DNA of 64,000 nt, from NCBI RefSeq assembly GCF_016432865.1, contig NC_067404.1, positions 42,966,001 to 43,030,000 on the forward strand. Reading direction: 5' to 3'. Positions 1 to 11,671 of the stretch are shown piece by piece. The translations under genes were made by a program, and so were the position numbers. The first letter of the stretch is position 1, and every line of letters begins with the position of its first letter. The DNA is from Antechinus flavipes. Taxonomy: Eukaryota. The notes beneath the pieces are model-generated. The model was not told the origin of the DNA and did no database searches. It saw nothing but the letters and a program-made list of their open reading frames with translations.

Positions 1-387
1 CCTTCTAATCCATCTTCTACACAAATGGAAATTACCAAGTTACAGCTTGGACCCAGTCTTTTCATACCTAGCCAAGAAGCTTCAGTGGTTCCCCGATTCC
101 TTTAGGAGAAAATTCAAATTCCTAATTGGCAATTACAACTCTTCACAAGTTCTCATTTGAGAGACCCAGAGGGGTGGAAGGGATTTGTCCCAGTATCTAC
201 ACATTGTAAGAGGTAGATGTTTTATCAGGCTGCCTCCCTGGTACCTCACTTTCATCCACTATAAATCCTGGCTCTTGCTAAGTTTGGGCAAGTCATTTCC
301 TCTCTCTGAATCTCATTTTCCTGATCTATAAAATTAAAGATGTGGTTTCTCAATTCATTTTTGTCTAGAATCTATGATCCTATAACC

Positions 388-579
388 CAGGGGTCCTCAA
401 ACTACGGCCCATGGGCCAGATGCGGCAGCTGAGGACGTTTATCCCCTTCACCCAGGACTATGAAGTTGCTTTATTTAAAGGGCCACAAAACAAAGTTTTT
501 GTTTTTACTATAGTCCGGCCCTCCAACAGTCTGAGGGACAGTGAACTGGCCCCCTATTTAAAAAGTTTGAGGACCCCTA
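388..579 (+). mobile_element. Non-autonomous hAT/Charlie MITE, OC1 (OposCharlie1)-like
   Basis: Terminal inverted repeats CAGGGGTCCTCAAACT (388) and AGTTTGAGGACCCCT(a) (ending 579), 192 bp long. The left 8-bp flank CTATAACC has the central TA typical of Charlie targets; the right TSD is degraded. Confidence 0.85.
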
Positions 580-699
580 CAAACCTATTCAGAAAAGAAG
601 CTCAATATTAATCCCAACAGCTCCCAAACGCTCTATGGTTTCATTTTCCATTCTTAGCAGATTTTGACCAAAAGAAGAAAGTTTACAAGATAGATATAT

Positions 700-990
700 A
701 CACAGTTATTTCTTCCACACTGCAGGGACTAGGAGTGTGGCAGAGTTCCCTGCCCCAATTTAGAGAATCCACGTAAAATTTTGACCCTGCCTTCTTACCA
801 TAGAAGTCTGCCTTTTTTTCCTTCGATGGGGTGTTTATAGTACCTTATTATAGGCATTTCTCAGTTTCTAAACTTCTGTGTTGTCTGCTGGCATCGCATA
901 TCATCTGCAGCTTCTGCAAAACTCCCCTCAAATTCCTATTGAAGTTCCTATGTCAACCTGTGATATGTTAGAACTGCGATGGGGGAAAAA
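700..990. mobile_element. TcMar-Tigger-like non-autonomous DNA transposon remnant
   Basis: Starts after a TA run with cagttatttcttcc; contains gaaaatccacgtaaaatttttgacc-like and aaactcccctcaaattcc motifs resembling marsupial Tigger MITEs. Confidence 0.45.
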
Positions 991-1059
991 AAAAAATCAC
1001 AATGAGAAAGAAATAACTGTATAAGATAGTACATGGCCGTGTCAAATGACTGGAAAAGC

Positions 1060-1606
1060 TTATTAAAAAAATCATACTTAAGAAATCCCTATGAGACTCA
1101 CATGAACTGATGCTGAGTGAAATGAACAGGACCAGGAGATCATTGTGTACTTCAACAACAATACTAAATGATGATCAATTCTGATGGACGTGGCCCTCTT
1201 CAACAATGAGATGAGCCAAATCAGTTCCAATAGAGCATTAATGAACTGAACCAGCTACATCCAGGGAAAGAACTCTGGGAGATGACTAGGAACCACTACA
1301 TCGAATTCCCAATTCATCTATTTATGTCCGCCTGCATTTTTGATTACCTTCACAGGCTAATTGTACACTATTTCAAACTCCAACTCTTTTTCTACAGCAA
1401 AAGAACTGTTTGGACATGTATACATATATTGTATTTAACTTATATTTTAACATATTTAACATGTATTGGTTAACTTGAGATCTGGGGGAGGGGGTAGGGG
1501 AAGGAGGGAAAAAGTTGGAACCAAAGGTTTTGCAATTGTCAATGCTGAAAAATTGCTCATGCATATATCTTGTAAATAAAGAGCTATAATAAAAAACAAC
1601 AACAAA
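1060..1606 (+). mobile_element. L1 3' end (ORF2 C-terminus plus 3' UTR)
   Basis: catgaactgatgctgagtgaaatg...gatgatcaattctgatggacgtgg...G-rich tract...aataaa and A-rich tail; homologous to the copies at 28.1, 41.7 and 53.1 kb. Confidence 0.9.
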
Positions 1607-4149
1607 AGAAATCCCTATAAGCTGGAAAACTCAAGGAAGACATCATGTTAGTGATCTGCTCAAGGTCATATTGTTAAGACTCCAAGGCCTCTTTCCAGAA
1701 TACCAGACTTCCCAAAGCTAAGTGGTACAGGTTTTGCTGGGACTTCTGTTTGGACAGAATTGGGTAGATGAAGCCAGACAAGCCACTTAGGGTTGGGTTG
1801 CAGGAGCGAGAATGCCTTTATGACTTTTCTCAAAATTTTCTAAGTCCACTGGTCATCAGTTTTTTTTTTCCCCCATTTGGGGAACACTCAACATTTGAAC
1901 TAAAATCAAAGGCCTAAACTACAGGAATTTAAAACTGAAAGGGACCTCACTCCTTTTACAGGTTATGAAATAATGATTATCAACAAATGTTTGATTGGTA
2001 TCCCTATTTTCTATTCCCATATATGTGCATAAAAATTTCTCAGGTGAAAAGGGGTCTGTCTCCCTGTCAACAGCTTTTTCCATTACAAATCTATTGGAAT
2101 TATTTTGAGTCACCTCATCATTGTCCATCACAGCTGATTCTCAAATAATCTTGTGGTTCTCCTAACCTCACTTAGCATCAGTTCATGCAAGTCTTTCTGA
2201 AATCAGCCTGCTCATCCTAAGAAACCCAGGTCTTGGAGGGAAAAAAAGCATAGAACAAAGAAAGAACTTACCCAAGGTCATAAAGGGAATTAGAAAAGGA
2301 AAGAATATGCAGCCAACTCTTCCCACAAGGGTTGGTTCAAAGGATCCTGGGATTAAAGCTAAAAGAGACTTTAGACATTATCTAATGCAATCCACTTGTT
2401 TTCCAGATGAGGAAAGTGAGGCTTAAATGAGTAAGGTGATTTTCTCCAAGGTCTTACAGGGATGTGAATCCAGGAACTCAAATTCTAAACACAACATGGC
2501 TTCCCTGTGCCAGTGTGACACACTTAAAAGACTACTGATCTTGGACTCAGGAGCTGGAAATATGAATCAAGCTGTGTAACCTGGGATAACTTACTTTCAT
2601 TCTTTTGGCCTCTGTTTCCTTGTCTGGAAAATGAGGCTACTTGGACTGCTTCCTTCATAAGGTTCTTAGGAAGAAAGCACTTTCTAAACCCTAATAAGCC
2701 AGGACTTAGATTCAGCTCATCTGACCGGGAGCTATTTCCTATTAATCCCACAGAGCACATTCTGTAGTGGGGAGTCATATGATAATAGACCTAGAAGTGA
2801 AAGGAACCTCAGAGGTTAGCTAGCCCTACTTCTTCATTTTACATATGAGAAAACTGAGGCCCAGATGGGGAAAGTTTCTTGCACAAGGTCCCATATGGGA
2901 TTTTAGCTCTCTCTAGAACAGATCTCACAGGCCACCTAGTCCCTTATTTTACAGATGAGGAAACTGAGGGTCAGGGAAGGGAAGTTTCTTACCCAAGGTA
3001 GAAGAGCCAGAATTTGAAGTCACGTCCTCTTGTCTCCAAACAGAATACTTATTCCTAGCCAGCTACATTACAAACTACAGTAGCTAATACATAGGCTTTT
3101 TTAGCTTGAGAGTTGGATTGGCTCAGGAAATAAACTCCCCCGGCAACGCAAAGCCATTCTCAACACTGACCTGTACTTGGGAAAAGCCAATTAATTCATA
3201 ACAATTCAGTAAAAAGGAAAATGACAGCAGTCCACAACTCCCATGCCGTGAGGACATCAGCCAGATGGTTGGCCAGGAGATCGCTTGGGGCTCTGCTCCG
3301 GCATCTGTGGACACGTGTTTGTGATTTTGAGATCTTACCCCAGGGTCAGTTCGAGGTCTGGAAAGTAGGGGAGTAATCTTTCTGGAAGTTCCGAGTTCAG
3401 GGACAGCTTTACGAGGGTGTCATTCACCCAATCTTCTGGGCCTCAGCCTCCCCTTCGGCAAAGATGAAGAGTCTGGGAGAAATTTCTTGTAACTCTGTCA
3501 GGAGAGCCAGCTGCTAGTGACTGCTGGGAAATGCAATTCTGATGAGCAGAATCCATCCCTTCATGCGAGAGGATGAGAAGGATAGAAGGAGATCAAAAGC
3601 CAGTTGCAAAACTCTGACCTCTCTCCTCTTCCCTCTTGCCTCGACTTTATTTCATTACCTATTCACAAGAAACATCTGTCAGTAAAGGCCATTTGCAATT
3701 ATTTCACGGGTGTGGTGATTCACAGCTGGAGGGGTTTTCGTAGAACCGACCTGCCCCTTAATGGTGCAGTCCCTTTTAACTCTTTACGGGCTTTCTGGGT
3801 TTCACACTTAATCGTGGTTCTTAACATAATTCTGAATCCACTGGTTCTATTCATATCTCTTATACACTTCTGAGGTCAAAGGACATTTTATGTGCCATTA
3901 GATAGGGGTTAAGGATTGGACCTGTGATTACGCTGACAAAAGAACTCCCAAGTGAGGAAAGTCCCTTTATCACTGCAGATTAGCACCTTCTTTGCCACTT
4001 ACAGTCTTAGTGTTCCTTAAAGCACTAAGTGATTTCCCCAAAATCACATAGTTGTATCAGAGGAAGGACCTGAATCTAGTCCCTCCTAGCTTTAAAACCG
4101 GCTTCACCCTTGCCAGACTGCTTCTCAATATCAATTAGAAATATCTTTT

Positions 4150-4281
4150 GGGGGCATCTAGGCGGCACAGTGGCTAGAGCACCAGCCCTGAAGTCAGGAG
4201 GACTGAGTTCAAATTTGAACTCAGACACATAATACTTCCTGGCTGTATGACCCTGAGCAAGTAACTTCAGCACAATTGCCA
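4150..4281 (+). mobile_element. WSINE1-type tRNA/CORE SINE
   Basis: ggggcatctaggcggcacagtggctagagcaccagccctgaagtcaggaggactgagttcaaat...caattgcc. Confidence 0.9.
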
Positions 4282-4400
4282 AAAGAAGGAAGGAAAGAAG
4301 GTAGGAAGGTAGGAAGAAAAGAAGGAAGGAAGGAGGGAAGGTAGGAAGGAAAGAAGGAAGGAAGGAACAAAAAGAAAGAAAAAGAAAAAAAAAGAAAAAG
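4282..4400 (+). repeat. (GAAG)n/(GAAA)n microsatellite tail of the SINE
   Basis: Directly visible purine tetranucleotide run. Confidence 0.9.
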
Positions 4401-4959
4401 AAATAAAGATTTTTTTTATCCCCGTGTACAAAAAAATTTTAGTAGCTACTTTTATGGTGGGAAAGAAGTAGAAACTAAAGGGAGCACCCATCATCTGGGA
4501 AATGGCAAAACAAATGACAGTATACGAAAGTGATGGGATGCTACTTATGCTGTAAGAAATGAAAGGTGATGGTTTCAGAAAAACTTGGGAAGATATGTAT
4601 GAACTGATTAAGAGGGAAGTGAGCAGAACAAGGAGAACAAAGTAGGCAGCAATCGTATGGACAACAATATTGTAAAGACAACTCCGAAAAACTCAGAATC
4701 CCCAACCAGTGTGACCAACCACCATTCCAGAATATGGACAATGAGCCATGCTACCCACCTCATAACAGAGAGGTGACATTCAAAACATGGACTAAAGCGT
4801 CTGTTTTTGCATGTGGACGATATGAATTTTTTTTTGCTTCACTATGAATATATGAATATTTCAAAGCTTGTTTTTTTTTAAATTGGGGGGAAGTATGGGA
4901 AGAGAGACAGATGCTTGCTGATTGAAAATAAAATAAACGTCATCTGGGTACTTTTAAAG

Positions 4960-5260
4960 GAAGTCGTACAATTTCATTCCACGCTAAAACCAGTCACCAA
5001 GAAACATGTTAAATAAACATGCACGATTTTATCAACACGGACACTCCCTGTGCTCTGAATTAGCCGACAGGCTTTCACGAGTTGCTGGGGCCAGAAGAGT
5101 GTATTACTCAGTATCCATCTTTCTGGTGACAGGCTTTCCAAAGTCATCTAGGCCGGTTCGCAGACGACTGACATTCGATCCATCACCAGGCTCTACTTGA
5201 AGCTTTTCCAGCGTGGGAGAGCACGCCAAACTTTACCCTCCCCTGGCATGGTCTCTGAGC
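4960..5260 (-). mobile_element. Highly degraded CR1/L3 reverse-transcriptase remnant
   Basis: Minus-strand translations KFGVLSHA / LEKLQVEPGDGSNVSRLRTGLDD / LFNMFLGDW resemble, in order, CR1 RT motifs KAFDxVSHD / LxKLExxGLDGxTVRWIxNWL / LFNIFINDL, with frameshifts. Confidence 0.45.
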
Positions 5261-5832
5261 TCCGAGGGGCCCCTCCATGCCACAAGGAGACATTGGCACA
5301 AGGACTTAAACCATTTTAAAATAAACTCCCCCGATGTGGCTTGTGGTCGAACTTATCTAGAGATTTCAGATCATCAGATGTATTCATGATAGCAACCCAC
5401 TTTGGTTTAAAGGCTTCGAATCAGAGGGTTTGTTTCCATAAGCACTGGTTAAGTGCCCACTCTGTGCCAGGCAGAGGAGTCACAAAGACAAAAACCAACA
5501 ATCCCAGGGGCTCAAAGAGATGCCGTCATCTCCCCCCACTCCAGTCCATTCTCAAGTAGGATTTTCCTAAATTGCAAGTCCGTTCATATCCATTTCCCCG
5601 GTTCCTTATCGCCTTCAGGATTAAATATGAAGCCAATTTGTTTGACCCTTAAAGATCTTCATAATCTGGCTCCTTGTCTAACGTGCCAGAATTCTTGCCC
5701 TTTATTCCCCTTCCCATTTTCTATGACCTGGCTAGCCACATTAGTCTAGAACATGACATCTCTCCCACCTCTGTGCCTTTGTAACTTCTGGTCCCCCCCC
5801 TCAGCAGAATGCTTTATCTCCTTATCTCCCCC

Positions 5833-6254
5833 TGTTGGTGAATGGGACCAGGTAAAGATTTCTGGATGGAGTAGATCAGATTTTAGGCCTGCGGCCCTGT
5901 CACGTGGCCCCTATTCCCAGAGGTCTGCAGGGCAAGAAAGGTCAGATCCTAAATCTAAGCTTTAGGAAGTGACAGAAAGTCACGTGATCCACAGGAAGCA
6001 CCACACTGGCCAATAGTTACTTCCTTTCCAGGCCATCCAATGTAAAGACTTGGCGCTTTTGCTATTTAACCAGACTCCATGGTTCCCGCTCAGTAGGCAG
6101 TAGGGAGACTGTCTGCTCAACTGTGCTTGGGCCTGTCCTTGCAAGACCAGAATAAATGCTTCCCCCTTTATACCTGAAGATTAGTCAGTTTAGGCGAAGG
6201 GGTCTAGCACCTGGCCCATATATTGGTTTCTCTGATTTCTAGGCTCCATTCAAC
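5833..6254 (+). mobile_element. Solo LTR of an endogenous retrovirus, inserted in an L2 fragment
   Basis: Starts TGTTGGTGAATGG and ends CCATTCA (terminal inverted repeat). Internal order: E-boxes (5901, 5981), CCAAT, TATTTAA (6063), AATAAA (6151). CTCCC-like flanks. Confidence 0.7.
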
Positions 6255-6911
6255 TCCCTACTTCTGGTCTCTCCTGGCCCTTTGCAGTCTCTCCCTCCCC
6301 CTTTGAGTTTATGTATCATGTATGTGTCCATCTAGTTATTCACGTGCCTCCAATACTAAAGGGTGAGCTCATCCAGCGGGGACTTTTTCCCTTTGTATCC
6401 CCACTGCTTAGCACAGTGCCTGATACACAGAACCGCTTAATCCATGTATGTGTTGATTAACAAACACCTCTCCTAGCATTAAGATACAACCGAAGAACTA
6501 AAATTGGGGGAAAGGACCGGAGACGCTACCTTTTGCTTCCATTCCAAGTAAATCCCAGGAATATAAGGTTCTCCCCTCCTCCATCGATGTCCTTCTCTGG
6601 GGCCTCGATGGGCTCGGGCCAGAAGATCAGCCAACAGGAGATGACCTTTTTTGGTCACGGCAACTGAGAAAAACCATTCGCTAAGGCAGAAGGAGGTGGC
6701 CGTGGGCCAGGGTGAGAGATGCGAAGAAATGAATGACATAGCAAGACAGCTTTAGAATTAGTTAAATGTATGTTTTATATATATTCCATATACATATATA
6801 TTTTTAAAAATAATATAGCTACTTAAAAGGATATACATGCATATATGGATATATGTGTATAAATATATGCACATATATGTATATATATAATTATAGAGAT
6901 TCATAGTTTCA

Positions 6912-7090
6912 TGTTTACCAAAAACATCACTTCTAGCATTTACTAGTATTAGAGGCACTGCCTGCCCGGTAAGTTATGACTTTAACGGCCACGGTATCCT
7001 GACCATGCAAAGGTAGCATAATCACTTGTCTCTTAATTGGAGACTAGTATGAATGGTACAACGACAGTTTAACTGTCTCTTATTCCTAAT
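6912..7090 (+). pseudogene. MT-RNR2: NUMT: nuclear copy of a mitochondrial 16S rRNA fragment
   Basis: tgtttaccaaaaacatcac...agaggcactgcctgccc...ttaacggccacggtatcctgaccatgcaaaggtagcataatcacttg...gtatgaatgg...actgtctcttattcctaat follows the conserved vertebrate mt 16S segment beginning at the 16Sar primer site. Confidence 0.93.
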
Positions 7091-7201
7091 TTTTGGCTCT
7101 TTACATATGAAAACATTCATGTTTGTTGAAATTTGTCATGTTTCAGAATAACAGAAAAACAGTATGTTTTTTTTTTTTTTTTTTTAAGAAATAGGCTTAT
7201 T

Positions 7202-7275
7202 GGGGGCAGCTAGGTGGCAAAGTGGATAGAGGACCAGCCCTGAAGTCAGGAGAACCTGAGTTCAAATCTGGACTC
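7202..7275 (+). mobile_element. WSINE1, truncated by an assembly gap
   Basis: gggggcagctaggtggcaaagtggatagaggaccagccctgaagtcagg. Confidence 0.85.
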
Positions 7276-7604
7276 NNNNNNNNNNNNNNNNNNNNNNNNN
7301 NNNNNNNNNNNNNNNNNNNNNNNNNNNNNNNNNNNNNNNNNNNNNNNNNNNNNNNNNNNNNNNNNNNNNNNNNNNNNNNNNNNNNNNNNNNNNNNNNNNN
7401 NNNNNNNNNNNNNNNNNNNNNNNNNNNNNNNNNNNNNNNNNNNNNNNNNNNNNNNNNNNNNNNNNNNNNNNNNNNNNNNNNNNNNNNNNNNNNNNNNNNN
7501 NNNNNNNNNNNNNNNNNNNNNNNNNNNNNNNNNNNNNNNNNNNNNNNNNNNNNNNNNNNNNNNNNNNNNNNNNNNNNNNNNNNNNNNNNNNNNNNNNNNN
7601 NNNN
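7276..7604. other. Assembly gap (N run)
   Basis: Run of N. Confidence 1.
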
Positions 7605-10214
7605 GACTTCCTTCCAATAGTATTTCCCATCAACTGCTCTGGGAAGCATTGAGTGCCCATTCAATAGGGGGCCTACAAGGTCACTCATTAGGTGTGATGG
7701 ACAGTGAAGGCTGGTTCAGACACACACCTTGGAATAGATGGTTGACCACTAAAGTCCTTTCCAACTCTGAGAGTCTGTGGATGATGTTTTGACTCATAAT
7801 GTCTGTGTATCTAATATGATAGTGTGAATATAGATAATAGTATATTAATAATAGTCATATATTATATATAATCAATAAAATAAGAATAAATAGAAGGGGA
7901 AGTAGAGCATTTCGAGCACTGGAGTTTGTCAGGAAGACCTGAGTTCAAATCCTTCCTCGGGTCCTAACTTCCTGTGAGATCTTTTCAGAGGTCTCAGTTT
8001 TTTTCTCTGTAAAATGTAGCAAGTTGGACTCAAAGACCTTTCTCTAGCAGAGTGGTTGAATACCTTAGCCAAAGTAGATCCTTTGCTTGGGAGCAAATAG
8101 CCTACTTTTCTATAGTTCTTTAAGTTTTGCAATGAGTTAGGTTCTACAATTATACAAATTTTCCATATAAGGAACCCGGGGCTTAGCAAGGGAATGGTCC
8201 AAGGTAAACCAAGGAAGTGGTAATATCAGAATTGGAACGCAGAATTTCTGAGTCCAAGTCAAATTGATCATTCAATTGAATGATCATTCAATCCTCTGCA
8301 CTACAGGATGGAATTTAAGCAAAAGCTGAAATTTCAGGTATCAGCCAATCAGTGGAGAGGTGCTTAGGGATGGGCCCGAAGAATCTCCCAAGTTTCTCTG
8401 GAATCAAAATAGCTTCCCCTTTCATTCGTTCTAAGTGTTTTAAGGATTGGCAAAGCTCTTTCTTTCCACTAACCCTGGTGTGCTAATGTCACAGAGCACA
8501 GAGAATCACAAGGAGCTCAGTTACAATCTTCTTTCTCATTCTTTGTGTATTAAAAGTATTTGTGCCGGTTGCTAATTATGGAGTTTGCAATAAAATGATT
8601 TTTAAATAAAGTAAAAGAATACGGGAGAGGAAAATCTGCTTTAAACTGAACCCAGTTCACGTCTTTGTTTCTTTTTTAAACCAGTTCCTATGGTTTAAGT
8701 GAAAAGGAGAGGAAGAAGAGTTGGACTAAGGGGTTAATTGGGAACTCCCAGGGAGGAAAACCCCTCTCCCAATACAGACATGTCCAGAACATTGAAAGGA
8801 CTTGGATCTAGATCTTTTCTCCAAGGCCAGCTCTGTACCAACTAAACCACATTGTCTTTTGAAGAGAATACAATGTTTAAAAAATTATAATAAAATTACA
8901 ATTTTAAACCAACAACAACTCCCCTGGAGTCTGGGGATCAGTGCATTTTTAGGATTTACTGCCTTTGTGAGGTGGTAAATTACTTCACCTCAATGGGCCT
9001 CCTCAGCTGTTTCATATGAGAAATGAGGGGATTAGATTAAATGATAACTCAAGTTCCTGTCTGCTCTAGCTCCTCTGATATTATGAGAAAAGTGCATGAC
9101 TTGTTATTCCCATTTGACATATGGGGAAACTGAGGTTCCACTTTACCCCAGTCCTTAACAAAGTGTGAGAAATGAGATGACACAGTATTAACATTGGTGA
9201 ATAAACGGATCTGAGAGATACAAATGCTTCCTCCCCACCCCCAAGCCACTTCAAATCTTCATGGAGAACTGGGGACAACTCCACTATAACCTTGGCAGGA
9301 GAGCGTGGGTAAAAAAGGCTACCATTATGTGTCTCCTCCAAGCTGCACCTGAGTGAGATTAGGATGGGTCACGTATGGCTCAGCTCATCCAACTCCTCTT
9401 TGGCTACCGAGAGGCAGCAGCTGTGTGGAGGAGTGAACGGCCTGGGCCCAGCCTGCAGCGGTGGACTGAGCCCTCCCAATGGAAGCTGGGAGGGCGTTCG
9501 GGGTCGAGGGCACAGGGTGTGGGTAGCAGCCAGACCACGGGCCTGGCGGGGCTCGACTGATTATACTCTGGAGCTGTGCTGGCCTTGTGGAGAGAGGGAG
9601 GCTGGCTCAGCACTCTGCCTAATTGGAAGGCTGAATAAAGATGAGGAGCTCAGGAACCCACAGGCTCCTATTGAAAACAGGTGGCCTGGGGTGGGGGTTG
9701 GTGCTATCCTTTAAAGAGACCAAGTCTGGAGCTGAGGAGCTGGCCAGACATGGTACCGGGGTGGTAGGGCTTGGATGGGACGGAACAGAGCAAAGTGGAG
9801 CTCGCTGGATGTGGAGATGGCCTTCTAGGCTGGAAAGAGTTTCAGGCTTGGCTTAGAAAGGATAAGAATGAAAAGGAAGGCTGGTAGTTTGGACCCAGGG
9901 CAGGAGACGGAAAGTCTTGTTCACATTTACCACCAGCTCTTAGTGGGGCAAGCAACGCTCAGAGTCCGGGAATGACAGAGTAGGGAAGGTCTTTGGGTGC
10001 CTTAGGACATAAAAGCTCAGGGCTGAAAGGCCCTCCGAGCTAGGGCAGATCATAGGCTATACAGAATTTCAGAACCGAGAGAGGCCCCAAAAGTGGAGCC
10101 AGAAGGGCCATCATAACAGACTCGTAGAACTCCAAATGAAATGATGGTGAGGCAGCAGGGAACAGAAATCACACAATGGGACAACTAGAAGGGGCCTCCA
10201 TAAATTCCCAATAC

Positions 10215-10442
10215 CTTGTTAGAGGTAGTTGGTAATGGAGAGGCTGGGACCCGAGTAAGGAATATGTGAATTCAAATGTGGCTACAGACACATCCCCAAA
10301 CAAGTCAAGTCACCCTGTTTGCCTCAGTTTGCTCATCTGTAAAATGAGCTGGAGAAGGAAATGGCAAATCCCTGCAGTATTCTGCCAAGGAAATCCCCAA
10401 TGAGGTCATGGACAGTTAGACACAACTCGACAACAACAACAA
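10215..10442 (+). mobile_element. MAR1-type CORE SINE with RTE-derived tail
   Basis: ctgtaaaatgagctggagaaggaaatggcaaa...gccaaggaaatccccaatgaggtcatgg...acaacaacaac. Confidence 0.8.
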
Positions 10443-11542
10443 CTGGAAACTGAGAACTTGGATGGGTAGGTGAGGCAGAAAGGAAAGAGCACTACCAACT
10501 TTAACTCTGCATGTCACAATCAAAAGAATAGTGAATCTGGGAACAAGAGACCTGGGTTCTAGTTCTAGCTCTACCACTTATTAGCTATGAGATGTTGGAG
10601 GTGAGTCTCTTCACCTATTTGGGTCCCAGCGTCCCCCTTTTGGTTTAGCAGAGTTTGAACTCAATTTTCCCATTTTAAGCACAAGGTGGCCACAACCTTT
10701 CAATCTCAGAAGGGAAAAACCCTTCCCTGGCCATATTTTCTAACTGTCATGGAACAGCCTCGCTGCTGCAGTGGGCCAGAAACCAAGGCAGGCATCTCTT
10801 CCCCGAGTCCTAAGCCAACCTGGGAATTGTCCACGTGCGTCTTGAGGCAAGGGCCACGAGTGAGATGTGCTAAGGATGGAGTAGGATCTGGGTATTATCA
10901 AATCTAGTATTCCAGGTATGATCTGACAATGGCAGAGGACAGAGGGAAGGCCACTCATTTTGTTCTTCTGGAAAACATTTCTCGATGCAGACCGAGATGG
11001 CATGAATTCTTTTGGCTATCATATCTCGGCTCCTAGCACAGTGCCTGGCACACGGTAGTCACTTAATACACATTTATCGACTGACCAACTGACATCCCGC
11101 TGTCATCCCACGTTGAGTTTACAAACCATGACGTCTTTTGGTCTTCTGGAGATACTTTGCTGTTTTATCATGACTCTGAAACCTGGAGATCATGATGTTG
11201 ATTGTTTGAACCCCTGTATAAAACATTCACATTTATTATTATTCAATTTCATCTTCTTAAATTCAGCCTAGTCTGTAGCTTGGCAAGATCAGGGCCCGAC
11301 TCCGTCATCCTATGTGCTTGTTATCCCTCCCCAACTTAGCAGTCATGAAGAAACCGTCCTAGGAATTCTGGGAGCTGTCTGCTTTACAACTTTGCCCACC
11401 TGCCCCACACAGAGCTGGCAGATTTCTGCTGGGACTGCCACCCAAATAAACCTGGGTTTCCCTCTGCATATTTATAATAGCCCAATGAAAGGCATTGATT
11501 ATATTGACTCTGCTGTAATCCCTAATGGAGCCAATTCATTAA

Positions 11543-11671
11543 GGGCATGGCAACAAGCCATTGCGGTGAATAGAGCACTGACCCTGGAGTCAGGAGGACC
11601 TAAGTTCAAAGCTGAACTCAGACACATCCTAGTCGCGTGACCCTGGATGAGTCACTTAATCCTAATTGCCT
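11543..11671 (+). mobile_element. WSINE1-type SINE
   Basis: tagagcactgaccctggagtcaggaggacctaagttcaaa...cctaattgcc. Confidence 0.75.

Noticed and set aside
1919-2131. ORF MMDNDEVTQNNS... looking like a real exon
   Set aside because: Composite of a reverse L1 3' UTR piece and a hAT MITE also present at 34.8 kb.
4150-4281. tRNA genes
   Set aside because: The tRNA-like heads here and elsewhere belong to WSINE1/MAR1/MIR SINEs.
6530-6663. Possible minus-strand exon with an open frame
   Set aside because: Weak donor (GTAGCG) and no recognisable peptide.
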